Shown: positions 1-7,708 of the stretch, piece after piece
How the letters are laid out: the number at the start of each line of letters is the position of its first letter
How positions within the stretch are numbered: position 1 is the stretch's first letter
NCBI GenBank assembly: GCA_030754595.1
Contig: JASLZZ010000067.1
Coordinates: 1-13,168, forward strand
Length of the DNA: 13,168 bases
Source of the DNA: Nitrospinota bacterium
GTDB lineage: Bacteria > UBA8248
Reading direction: 5' to 3'
The notes under the pieces: model-generated
Told to the model about the DNA's origin: nothing
The model's input: the letters and a program-made list of their open reading frames with translations, nothing else
Database searches by the model: none
Translations under genes and position numbers: made by a program

Positions 1-2
1 CC

Positions 3-653
3 GTCAAGCGGGGCCTGTTCGAGACCGGCCTGGAGCCCGCCTTCCCCGAAAACCTCGACCGTCTCGGCATCGACGAGACCTGGGCCATCGACTACACCTA
101 CAAGCGCGACCGGGAGCAATATCACGGCGGCATCGACATGCCGACAGCTTACGGCACGCCGATCATCGCCGCCGCCTACGGCACCGTGGTCGCCAAGTAC
201 GAGGGACGGAGGACGATGCGCGGCCGTGAGATCATCATTCGCCACAGCCCCGAGGACACCGGCCTGCCGGTTTGGACCTACACCCAGTACGCGCACTTCG
301 ACGAGATGCCGAAACGGGAGGTTGGCGAGCGCGTGAGGATGGGCGAGGTCCTTGTTCCCACCGGCAACTCGGGCAGGCAAGGCCGCCGCGAACGCCGTCC
401 GGCGATCCACTTCGCCGTCTGGTTCTCCGCCGACCCCCGCTATTTGCCGCGCAGCCGCAAGATCATTCCCGTCAAAGGCTTCTGGATGGACCCCATCGCC
501 CTCTACCGCGGGGGGACGCCGTTCGACTCGAATTCCATGAAGGCGCTCCCGGAGGGGGAGAAGCGGGTGCCCGTCTCCGTCATGACCAAGGACGGTAAGG
601 TCACTCCGCCGGGGGCGAAGGTCGTCTGGTCTTATTATTGCGAGCGGAAGTGA
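3..653 (+). CDS. M23 family (LytM/lysostaphin-like) metallopeptidase domain protein, 5'-truncated by the window edge
   Basis: The frame of ORF 138..653 is open back to base 3 (VKRGLFETGLEP...REQYHGGIDMPTAYGTPIIAAAYGTVV). It has the HxxxD motif HGGID (123-137), YAH and TGNSG; the HxH position reads AIHF. Confidence 0.8.
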   Translation, partial: VKRGLFETGLEPAFPENLDRLGIDETWAIDYTYKRDREQYHGGIDMPTAYGTPIIAAAYGTVVAKYEGRRTMRGREIIIRHSPEDTGLPVWTYTQYAHFDEMPKREVGERVRMGEVLVPTGNSGRQGRRERRPAIHFAVWFSADPRYLPRSRKIIPVKGFWMDPIALYRGGTPFDSNSMKALPEGEKRVPVSVMTKDGKVTPPGAKVVWSYYCERK

Positions 654-728
654 GGGCGGCGGCACAGCCGAGCCACCGGAGTTGAAGGCGGCTCGCGGGG
701 CCGGCAGCGGTCGTCACAGTTCCGGACT

Positions 729-860
729 GGGGGTGCTTGTCATTCTGAGTCCCGAGCAAAGCGAAGGGCGAAGAATCTGCTTTTGTTCTCAGAAACAGCG
801 GATTCTTAACGGAGCCTGTCCTGAGCGTAGCCGAAAGGTTCAGAATGACAAATCACCCCC
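729..860. repeat. REP-like/MITE-like nested palindromic intergenic element
   Basis: Perfect 12-bp inverted repeat TTGTCATTCTGA (737-748) / TCAGAATGACAA (840-851), extended by GGGGGTG (729-735) / CACCCCC (854-860). Inner stem AAGAATCTGCT (771-781) / AGCGGATTCTT (797-807). Lies between convergent genes. Confidence 0.7.
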
Positions 861-1045
861 TCTGGTCATTTCGGACCAAATCCTTGAACGAAATTCCGCC
901 ACCGGGCCTGCTACGCCGTCAGGCGTGAGGAAGGATTAACGGGTTGAACGAAAGACCGTAATCATCCCGAAGGATGGAAAAATATCGAAGTCATATCTCG
1001 AAGTCATATGGGAAATCAGGGTGTAGTGGATTACCTTCGTTTCTG

Positions 1046-2242
1046 CTAAACCTCGAAAATTTTCTGCGCCGTTTTGTGGATGCACTCGCTCGCCCCGTTT
1101 TCCGTGACGATGTAGTTATCGCAATTCCAGACGAACAGGGATTCGGTCGCATATCCCGGATGAACGGTCATGTTCATATTTTTTCGGATATTCATCGTCT
1201 CGTCGTCGCGAATCAGGGGCCGCTCCACCAGGTCATAGCCCTGGCCGTGGGCATAGACGCGCCTGTCCTCGGGCCGGCCGCGGCTCCTCATCAAGGCGTT
1301 GTGGGATTCGTAAATATCCTTGCACGGCGTTTCGGGCTTCAACAAATCAACCGTGTTCCGCAGCGCCTCCAGGACGATGGCGTGCTCATCCAAAAGCTCT
1401 TGCGAGGCTTTCCCGACGACGCATGACCTGCCCAACTCCGCATAAAATCCGCCGCCGCCGTTATTTTCCACCAAGAGGGTGAACTGATCGCCGTCCCTGA
1501 TCTCCCGGCCCTGGAAGTGACGCAGCCTGAGCCTCGCGGGAGTTCCCAGGGGCGCCGATGAGCAAAGATAAATCCCTTGTTCGCTGCCCATGTCCTGTCC
1601 CACATGCTGGGCGATGGCGGCGAGCTCGAAATCCTTTTTTCCGGGTTTCAACGCCTTGAAAGCGGCCTCCATGCACGCATCCTGCAGGAGAGCCGTCTCC
1701 TTGATTCTTTCCAGCTCCTCATCGCTCTTGATCGCCTTGATCTCATCGACCATCTCCGTCGCGTCCACGAATTTCGCCTGAGGGAGAGCGCCTCCTTTTA
1801 AATACTCCGAAAAGGCGGCGGACATCGTCCCGGGACACACGATGCCGACGGTGCACTCGCCCCTTGGCTTGATTTCTTCGGCCACGAGTTCGACGTCATA
1901 GTGTTTCGTGTAATGCGCGGAGGCGAAATAACGGGCGAACATCACCTTCTTAACGCCCCGGTCGGGGGATTCCTCCTCCCCGGATGGAACGACGATATCT
2001 CCCCGGGGCCCCTGGCGGACGATCGTCATGCCGTCGTCCCCGGGGAAAATCACGGTGTCCGGATAACCGTTCCGCGCGGGGATATCGGTGAAATACTTTA
2101 CATAACCTCCAATAAATTCATTAAAACCCTGCATCACAAGCACATCGACGCCGCGCTCTTCCATTGCCCCTCTGACGGCGGCCCACCTTCTTTTCAGCTC
2201 CCCGTCCGATATGGGTAGAACCAATCTCTCCCGCTCGCTCAT
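1046..2242 (-). CDS. M24 (Xaa-Pro peptidase/creatinase pita-bread fold) family hydrolase with atypical metal ligands
   Basis: 398 aa. Creatinase-like N-domain, IKSDEE linker, HGQG, TVHPG, DNYIVT. GGGAG upstream of the ATG. Confidence 0.85.
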   Translation of the reverse strand: MSERERLVLPISDGELKRRWAAVRGAMEERGVDVLVMQGFNEFIGGYVKYFTDIPARNGYPDTVIFPGDDGMTIVRQGPRGDIVVPSGEEESPDRGVKKVMFARYFASAHYTKHYDVELVAEEIKPRGECTVGIVCPGTMSAAFSEYLKGGALPQAKFVDATEMVDEIKAIKSDEELERIKETALLQDACMEAAFKALKPGKKDFELAAIAQHVGQDMGSEQGIYLCSSAPLGTPARLRLRHFQGREIRDGDQFTLLVENNGGGGFYAELGRSCVVGKASQELLDEHAIVLEALRNTVDLLKPETPCKDIYESHNALMRSRGRPEDRRVYAHGQGYDLVERPLIRDDETMNIRKNMNMTVHPGYATESLFVWNCDNYIVTENGASECIHKTAQKIFEV

Positions 2243-2282
2243 ATCCGTCTCCCGATGTTTCGGGGATGGCAGGCCGCCTCGC

Positions 2283-3224
2283 CTACCTATCCACCGTATT
2301 GATCAGATTATCCTTCTCGCCATCCAGGAACCGGCGCAGGTTTTCCTCGAAAATAGGCATCACCTGCTCGATATAGTTATCCGTATATCCGCCGATGTGG
2401 GGCGTAATGATAACGTTTTCCATCTCCCAAAGTGGGCTTTCCTCGGGCAGGGGTTCCATCTGGAAGACGTCGAGACCGGCGCCGGCGATTTGGCCATTTT
2501 TCAAAGCGGCGATCAGCGCTTCCTCGTCCACAACGCCGCCTCTTGAGATGTTGATCAGGAAGCCCGTGGGCTTCATCGCCGAGAGGAGTTTCTCGTTCAC
2601 GATTTTTTCGGTCTCAGGCGACAAGGGGGCGACGACGATGAAAAAATCGGACTCGGCCGCCGCCGCCGGAAGTTCCTCCCGGGAGTAGAATTCATCAATC
2701 CATTCGATATTCCTTTTTGTCGACGTGATGCCGATGACGCGCATGCCGAACGCTTTGCTCTTTCTGGCGATCTCCTCTCCGATGGCGCCGATGCCGAAAA
2801 TGCCCACGGTCTTTTTTTCCAAAAGCGGCATCGGCCAGCGTTCGTAAAGCTTTCTCTCTTGGTTCTTGACGATCCTGTGGAAGCCGCGGCTCAGGGAGAG
2901 CATGAGGAGAACAGCCAATTCCGACATCTGGGGACCATGTATCCCCCGGCAGTTGGTAACCACCGTTTCTTTTTTCAGGCATGGAAATGCTAAAAGATTG
3001 TCCACCCCTGTCGTGAAGGCCTGGACCCATTCGAGCCGGCGGGCTTTCTCAATGTCATCGCCGCGAAGCCTGGGAGCCAGTACGGCCAGGATTTGAGCGT
3101 CATTGAGTAACTCTCCGGCTTCGGCCGGAGTGCGCGCCGTGGTGATCGATAGGCCGGGAAATTTTGGCTGCAAATACGCTTTGTACTGGTCCGCGATCGC
3201 ATCGATGATCAATAAATTTGCCAT
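2283..3224 (-). CDS. NAD(P)-dependent D-2-hydroxyacid dehydrogenase
   Basis: 313 aa. GIFGIGAIG Rossmann motif, NISRG, LDVFQMEP and TPHIGG (Arg/Glu/His catalytic residues). GGAG upstream of the start. Confidence 0.92.
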   Translation of the reverse strand: MANLLIIDAIADQYKAYLQPKFPGLSITTARTPAEAGELLNDAQILAVLAPRLRGDDIEKARRLEWVQAFTTGVDNLLAFPCLKKETVVTNCRGIHGPQMSELAVLLMLSLSRGFHRIVKNQERKLYERWPMPLLEKKTVGIFGIGAIGEEIARKSKAFGMRVIGITSTKRNIEWIDEFYSREELPAAAAESDFFIVVAPLSPETEKIVNEKLLSAMKPTGFLINISRGGVVDEEALIAALKNGQIAGAGLDVFQMEPLPEESPLWEMENVIITPHIGGYTDNYIEQVMPIFEENLRRFLDGEKDNLINTVDR

Positions 3225-3275
3225 CGGCGCTCCGGTTGATTTGTAAAAAACAATCGGCTCTCCACTCTACGAATC

Positions 3276-4250
3276 TCAGTCCAGATAGAGAAGCCGCGCC
3301 GGGTTGGTCTTGAACATGAGCTCCATCGCATCCTCGCCGATCCCGAAGGCCAGCATCGCCCGGATGAAGATGCGCATGCCCGCGAGCGCGTCTACATGGA
3401 GCAGTTGGCCGAAGTCGCTCGCCGCGATGCAGCGCTCGGCCCCGATCGCCTCGACCACGCGGGGCGTCTCGAACGGATCGACGACGGGCTGGTACATGCT
3501 CGGGATCATCGGTTGGCAATAGGTGCCCACATAGGTTCCCAGATCGGCGAGCTCCTTCATCTCGTCGAGGGTGAGCTTGTTCAGCTCGAGCAGCGGGTGG
3601 TCGAGGATCGCCCGGGCCCCCACCTCTTTCGCCGCCTGGGCGAGCGGAAGGAGCTCGTGGAAATCCGTGTGGCCGAATCCGACTCCCGCGCCGCCCTCGG
3701 CGGCGAGCTCCATGATCTTCACCACATCGGGGAAAATCTTCCTGTTCTTGTCCACCAGGTTGATGCCGCTCTCCTTGCCGAGGGCGCGGTAGTAGCCCGA
3801 GGAGTTGAACGTGGGGAACCAGACCATCTTGCACTTGGGGTACTGCAGGGCGATTCGCACCGCCTCGGGGTTCATCCCGAAGTTGAGGCCGATGCCGCCG
3901 TAAACCTCCACCCCCCGGGGGAGTTCCTCCCGGGTCACCATGTCGTCTATTTGCCTTTGGACCAGGTAGGCGCACCCGGCCGTGAGGTTGTAGTGGTCCT
4001 TGAAGCAGACCGATCGCATCCCGGCCCGGGCGGCCTCGACCGCCACCTGGATCATGTCCTGATTGCGCTGGACGAAATCGGGGTAGACGTGGATGTGGTG
4101 ATCGATGGCCCCCTCGAGGATGGCGTCCTCGATTCCGGGGTAAATCTCGTGGATGCGCGGGCTGTCTTTTAAAATCTGATAGAACCAGTCCTTGGCGTTG
4201 AGTTCGCGAACCCGGTCAACGGTGAGAATGCGTCCGACATGATCGGCCAT
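3276..4250 (-). CDS. Amidohydrolase-superfamily TIM-barrel metalloprotein (DUF6282-like)
   Basis: GAIDHHIHVYPD HxH motif, KDHY, GH, LDHP, ASDFGQ and a C-terminal NPARLL. Start moved to ATG 4250 because AGGAGG lies 5 nt upstream. Confidence 0.8.
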   Translation of the reverse strand: MADHVGRILTVDRVRELNAKDWFYQILKDSPRIHEIYPGIEDAILEGAIDHHIHVYPDFVQRNQDMIQVAVEAARAGMRSVCFKDHYNLTAGCAYLVQRQIDDMVTREELPRGVEVYGGIGLNFGMNPEAVRIALQYPKCKMVWFPTFNSSGYYRALGKESGINLVDKNRKIFPDVVKIMELAAEGGAGVGFGHTDFHELLPLAQAAKEVGARAILDHPLLELNKLTLDEMKELADLGTYVGTYCQPMIPSMYQPVVDPFETPRVVEAIGAERCIAASDFGQLLHVDALAGMRIFIRAMLAFGIGEDAMELMFKTNPARLLYLD

Positions 4251-4603
4251 AATTGCCTCCTGCACGGCTTAAGCGGCGGCCGTGAAAAAACGCGACCACC
4301 GGCGTGCCTCGAAAATTAGAAAGTGAAAAATATACGTTTACGGATTTTCGCGGCGAAGGAGAGGCCTCGCCCCAGGAGGCCCCGCCCTCAAGCGGCTATA
4401 TATATCCGGTAGAAAAATTTCCCGATAACAACGTGCCTGGCGGGGCACAGGTAAGGCCTGCAACGCCGAAAAGCGCCCCGCCGGCCGGCAAAAATATCGG
4501 AAAGAGTGGTCATCGGTTGACGCTTCCCTGATCGGCGGCGGCACGCCGCCTTGGTTATCAACAGGATATCTATAGCGCAGCCGAACCACCACCGGCAAGA
4601 GCG

Positions 4604-4637
4604 GCGGAGACGGGGCCCTCGGGGCCCTTTCCGTTTT
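4604..4637. terminator. GC-rich hairpin, terminator-like
   Basis: GCGGAGA-C-GGGGCCC-TCG-GGGCCCT-TTCCGT followed by T residues on the + strand. Lies just 3' of the tRNA remnant on the - strand. Confidence 0.4.
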
Positions 4638-4648
4638 GCGGTCTGACT

Positions 4649-4698
4649 GGGGCAGGATTTGATCCTGCGGTCTTCACGTCATGAGCTTGACGAGCTAC
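4649..4698 (-). pseudogene. Degenerate 3' two-thirds of an initiator tRNA-Met(CAT)
   Basis: The minus strand reads GTAGCTCGTCAAGCTCATGACGTGAAGACCGCAGGATCAAATCCTGCCCC, with 6 mismatches in 50 nt to the recalled tRNA-fMet segment GTAGCTCGTCAGGCTCATAACCTGAAGGTCGCAGGTTCAAATCCTGCCCC. T-stem GCAGG/CCTGC is intact; the 5' acceptor strand and CCA end are absent. Confidence 0.7.
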
Positions 4699-4720
4699 TA
4701 ATGCGATATTCCAAGAAAGT

Positions 4721-6319
4721 CTACCTTGCAATCACGCCCGGGTTGAGGATGTTCGCCGGGTCGAGCCGCTTCTTGGCATCGGCTAACACGTCGCCGAACA
4801 GGCCAGGGCGCTGCTGTTCGTACCATTTTTGATGATCGCGCCCGACGGCGTGGTGGTGGGTGATGGTGCCGCCGTTGGCGATAAGTGCATCCGACACCAC
4901 ATCCTTGATCGCCTGCCACTGCTCCAGCATGGCATCCGGGTTGGCCTGTCCGTGGAAAGCAAAATAGGGCGCCGGGCCGTCCGGATAGGCGTGGCTGAAG
5001 CGGCACGACACCGCGCCCTCCTTTCCCGTCACCTCGCGCAGCGCAGTCGCCGTCGCTTCCTTGATCGCGTTGTAGAATTCCTCAAACCTGTCCCAGGTGA
5101 TCGCGGTCTCGAAGGTGTCGGAGAGGATTCCCCGCGGGGTCAACTGTTCCCGATTGTAGGGCATACGAATAAAGGCTGTCCGCCACGCACCCACCGCGCC
5201 CTGCAGATGGGCTTCGGGATTGTCGCGCCATTCCACATCGAACGTGCCGCCATGGTCCAGGCAACACTCCTCGGCCCGTGCCATCCAGGCGTACACCGGG
5301 TGATCGGCGGATTCGAACGACACCACCATCAGCGTGAAGGACCCGTCGCCCGCTCCGTTCACCTGCAGCTCGACCCCGTCGACGATGCGCAGGTTGGCCG
5401 GGAACAGCCCGGCCTGGGAGACCGCGCGCACAGCGCGCGCGGCGTCGAAGAAATCGGCGAACCGGAACCCGGCCGTCGCCTTGAAGGTCGGCCGGCCCTG
5501 GAGCCGGGCCCAGCCCTCTGTGATGATTCCGAGAGCGCCCTCCGATCCGATCATGAAGCGGTCGGGGCTCGGGCCCGCGCCGGACCCCGGCAGACGCCGG
5601 GAGACAATGTCTCCGACCGGGGTCACGGTCGTGGTGCTCTCCACCAAATCGTCGATATGGGTGTAGAGGGTGGCGAAATGGCCACCCGAGCGGGTCGCGA
5701 CCCAGCCGCCGAAGGTCGAGTGTTCGAAGGACTGGGGGAAATGGCGCAGCGTCAAGCCGTGGGGCTTGAGCTGGGCCTCCAGCTCGGGCCCCCGGGCGCC
5801 GCCCTGAATCCGCGCCGCACGGGACACCTCGTCGACCTCAAGCACCTTGTTCATGCGCCCCATGTCGACGGAAATCACACCGTTATAGCCGGAGCCGACG
5901 TCGCTGGTGACCCCGCCGACCACGGACGAACCCGCGCCCCAAGGGATCACCGCAGCGCCCTTGTCGCCAGCCCAATCGTATATCTCCTGGATGTCCTCGG
6001 AACTCTCCGGGTAGGCGATGATGTCAGGCGCATGGGCGAAGTCACCCCGGAAGATGCGGATCGAGTCCGGCTGGGACTGGCCGAATGCATGCACCACACG
6101 ATCATGAGTGTCGCTGGTGCACACGCCGTAGAGCTTCGCCGGCGCCTCCAGGCGCGCCGCCGGCAGATCGATCGCGTCGAGCGCCGGGAACGCACCGTCA
6201 TTGGCCGGGTTTATGCCAAATCCCTCGGCAAAAGTTTCAAGCAGGGTCTTCGTCTGGTCCGCATCGAGGCCGGAGTTCTCGTAGCCCCAACCCCAATACT
6301 TTAGTTTCCGGTCCGCCAT
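4721..6319 (-). CDS. FAD-binding oxidoreductase, alkyl-dihydroxyacetonephosphate synthase (AgpS)-like, VAO/PCMH family
   Basis: 532 aa. YWGWG N-terminus, PWGAGSSVVGG, HFPQSFEHSTFGGWVATRSGG, GSEGALGIITE, ITHHHAVG and LDPANILNPG. Confidence 0.9.
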   Translation of the reverse strand: MADRKLKYWGWGYENSGLDADQTKTLLETFAEGFGINPANDGAFPALDAIDLPAARLEAPAKLYGVCTSDTHDRVVHAFGQSQPDSIRIFRGDFAHAPDIIAYPESSEDIQEIYDWAGDKGAAVIPWGAGSSVVGGVTSDVGSGYNGVISVDMGRMNKVLEVDEVSRAARIQGGARGPELEAQLKPHGLTLRHFPQSFEHSTFGGWVATRSGGHFATLYTHIDDLVESTTTVTPVGDIVSRRLPGSGAGPSPDRFMIGSEGALGIITEGWARLQGRPTFKATAGFRFADFFDAARAVRAVSQAGLFPANLRIVDGVELQVNGAGDGSFTLMVVSFESADHPVYAWMARAEECCLDHGGTFDVEWRDNPEAHLQGAVGAWRTAFIRMPYNREQLTPRGILSDTFETAITWDRFEEFYNAIKEATATALREVTGKEGAVSCRFSHAYPDGPAPYFAFHGQANPDAMLEQWQAIKDVVSDALIANGGTITHHHAVGRDHQKWYEQQRPGLFGDVLADAKKRLDPANILNPGVIAR

Positions 6320-6656
6320 AGCGCGCGATTCCTTCCAAGGATTTCCCCTGATATTGTCACCCGGAATTGTGTGGCAACGCTCTCATCAGAGCAAATTCGG
6401 ACATTCTCCTTTTCATCGGCGCTGCTTCCCACCAAGAAGTCCATCAAGGGCGCTAATAGATACCTCCGAGGCAGTTCCTATAGCCAAAATCACGGGGTAT
6501 AAGCGTCTTTCTTCTTGCCGGGCGCAATTAACCCTTCTCCTCATGACTCAACAACGCTTGCAGCTTCTCATCAGCCATATCCGGGCACAGCCCTGTAAAA
6601 AGCGCCAGCGGGAAGGCCGAAGCCAGGTGAACGCCGCCACAGGAATTGCGCGGTCC

Positions 6657-6858
6657 GCCGGCCCCGCCGGGGAGAGGAGGTGGGGCTGTGTTATTTAGCC
6701 CTGGAACCCGGTGATGGCGGGGGTCGCTCCGGCAGGAACGAAGGGTTTTCGGTTGGGGCCTTTCCATGGCCGGGGTGTGTGAATTTCCTGTGAGGCCGCG
6801 CGAAATTCCCGGCAATTCCCGCCGGACCTATTTCGGATGATCGAGACTTTCGCCCTAT
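6657..6858. repeat. ~200-bp structured intergenic element, copy 1
   Basis: Near-identical to 7709-7915, with long identical blocks such as GTTATTTAGCCCTGGAACCCGGTGATGGCGG and GCGCGAAATTCCCGGCAATTCCCGCCGGACCTATTTCGGATGATCGA. Confidence 0.92.
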
Positions 6859-6889
6859 ATCCCCGGGCCGAATCCGCTACCCGGGGGCC

Positions 6890-7192
6890 CTACCCGAGGG
6901 CGGCAGCGACGATGATGGCGATGGCGATGAAGATCGCGCCGACGGCGATGCCCACCGCGCTGTTCTGATCTTTCGAGAGGGCGTCGTTCACCGAAAAGGG
7001 TGTGATCCACTCGAAAATCTTGTAGCCGATCATGAGGAGCAGGATGCCCACCAGCCCGTAGACGACGGAGAGGAGGAGGCCGCCGCCCAGGCCGAGCCGG
7101 GGAGCGGGGTCGGCGCTGGCGGCAAGGGCGAGGGCCGGGGCGAGCGCGCCCGCCAGCATCGCCGCCGGGGCCGTGAGATTAATCTTTTTCAT
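6890..7192 (-). CDS. DUF350-family small membrane protein with an N-terminal signal-like extension
   Basis: 100 aa. VVYGLVGILLLMIGYKIFEWITP...DQNSAVGIAVGAIFIAIAIIVAAALG matches the recalled DUF350/YjfL pattern. GGAGG 10 nt upstream. Confidence 0.75.
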   Translation of the reverse strand: MKKINLTAPAAMLAGALAPALALAASADPAPRLGLGGGLLLSVVYGLVGILLLMIGYKIFEWITPFSVNDALSKDQNSAVGIAVGAIFIAIAIIVAAALG

Positions 7193-7242
7193 CGCGGGAA
7201 AACCTCCAGTGGGGATTTGAGTATCCAGTAAGGATTAGAGAA

Positions 7243-7659
7243 TCATCTGCGCCGCATCATCATGCGCAAAACAAAGAACAGGATCATCGGGATGAGGAAC
7301 GAACCGCCGAAGCCGCCGAAGCCCATCCCCATGAGGAACGGCATCCCGAAGCCGAAGCCCCCGCCCCGGTAGCCCCGGTTGTAGGAGGAGCGGCCGAAGG
7401 AGCGCCTGCGGCCAAACGAGGACCGGGAAAAGGAGCGCGAGCCCCGGAAGCCGAACGACCCCCCCCGGCCGAAGCGCGCCTCGGCGATGGGGGGGACCAG
7501 CGCGGGCTCGATGAGCGGTACCGCTCCCCCTCCCACCGCAATCGCCGCCGCGAAAAACAAGGAGACGAAGGCGGGCCTTCGTAAGGCGGGCCTTCGCGGG
7601 GAGGATGCCGCCGCGCTCGATTTCCCTGGAATTTTCATGAAAATGGACAAGCGCCTCAT
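7243..7659 (-). CDS. Exported or membrane-anchored Gly/Arg/Ser/Phe-rich low-complexity protein; start uncertain (7671, 7659 or 7638)
   Basis: Basic N-region, hydrophobic stretch and AEA cleavage-like site, then RFGRGGSFGFRGSRSFSRS..., ending in a hydrophobic helix plus RRR. Co-oriented 50 bp upstream of the DUF350 gene. Confidence 0.7.
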   Translation of the reverse strand: MRRLSIFMKIPGKSSAAASSPRRPALRRPAFVSLFFAAAIAVGGGAVPLIEPALVPPIAEARFGRGGSFGFRGSRSFSRSSFGRRRSFGRSSYNRGYRGGGFGFGMPFLMGMGFGGFGGSFLIPMILFFVLRMMMRRR

Positions 7660-7666
7660 GGGGAAA

Positions 7667-7695
7667 ACCATAGCAGGAGGCCTCTCGCCGCTCAA
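7667..7695 (-). promoter_or_regulatory. Putative sigma70-type promoter with extended -10
   Basis: Minus strand TTGAGC (7695-7690), a 17-nt spacer ending TGC, then TATGGT (7672-7667), 7 nt before ATG 7659. Confidence 0.45.
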
Positions 7696-7708
7696 GGAAC
7701 GGGGCCAA

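Noticed and set aside
3100..4172. ORFs 3100..3975 (-) and 3396..4172 (+)
   Set aside because: Alternative-frame and antisense shadows of the amidohydrolase gene with no recognisable motifs.
4556..4564. DnaA-box-like TTATCAACA
   Set aside because: A single imperfect box with no cluster and no origin context.
4829..6304. 491-aa + strand ORF
   Set aside because: Antisense shadow of the FAD oxidoreductase, expected in high-GC coding DNA, with no recognisable motifs.
6354..6698. 114-aa + strand ORF or possible gene remnant
   Set aside because: No recognisable domain or RBS and atypical composition; cannot be supported without a search.
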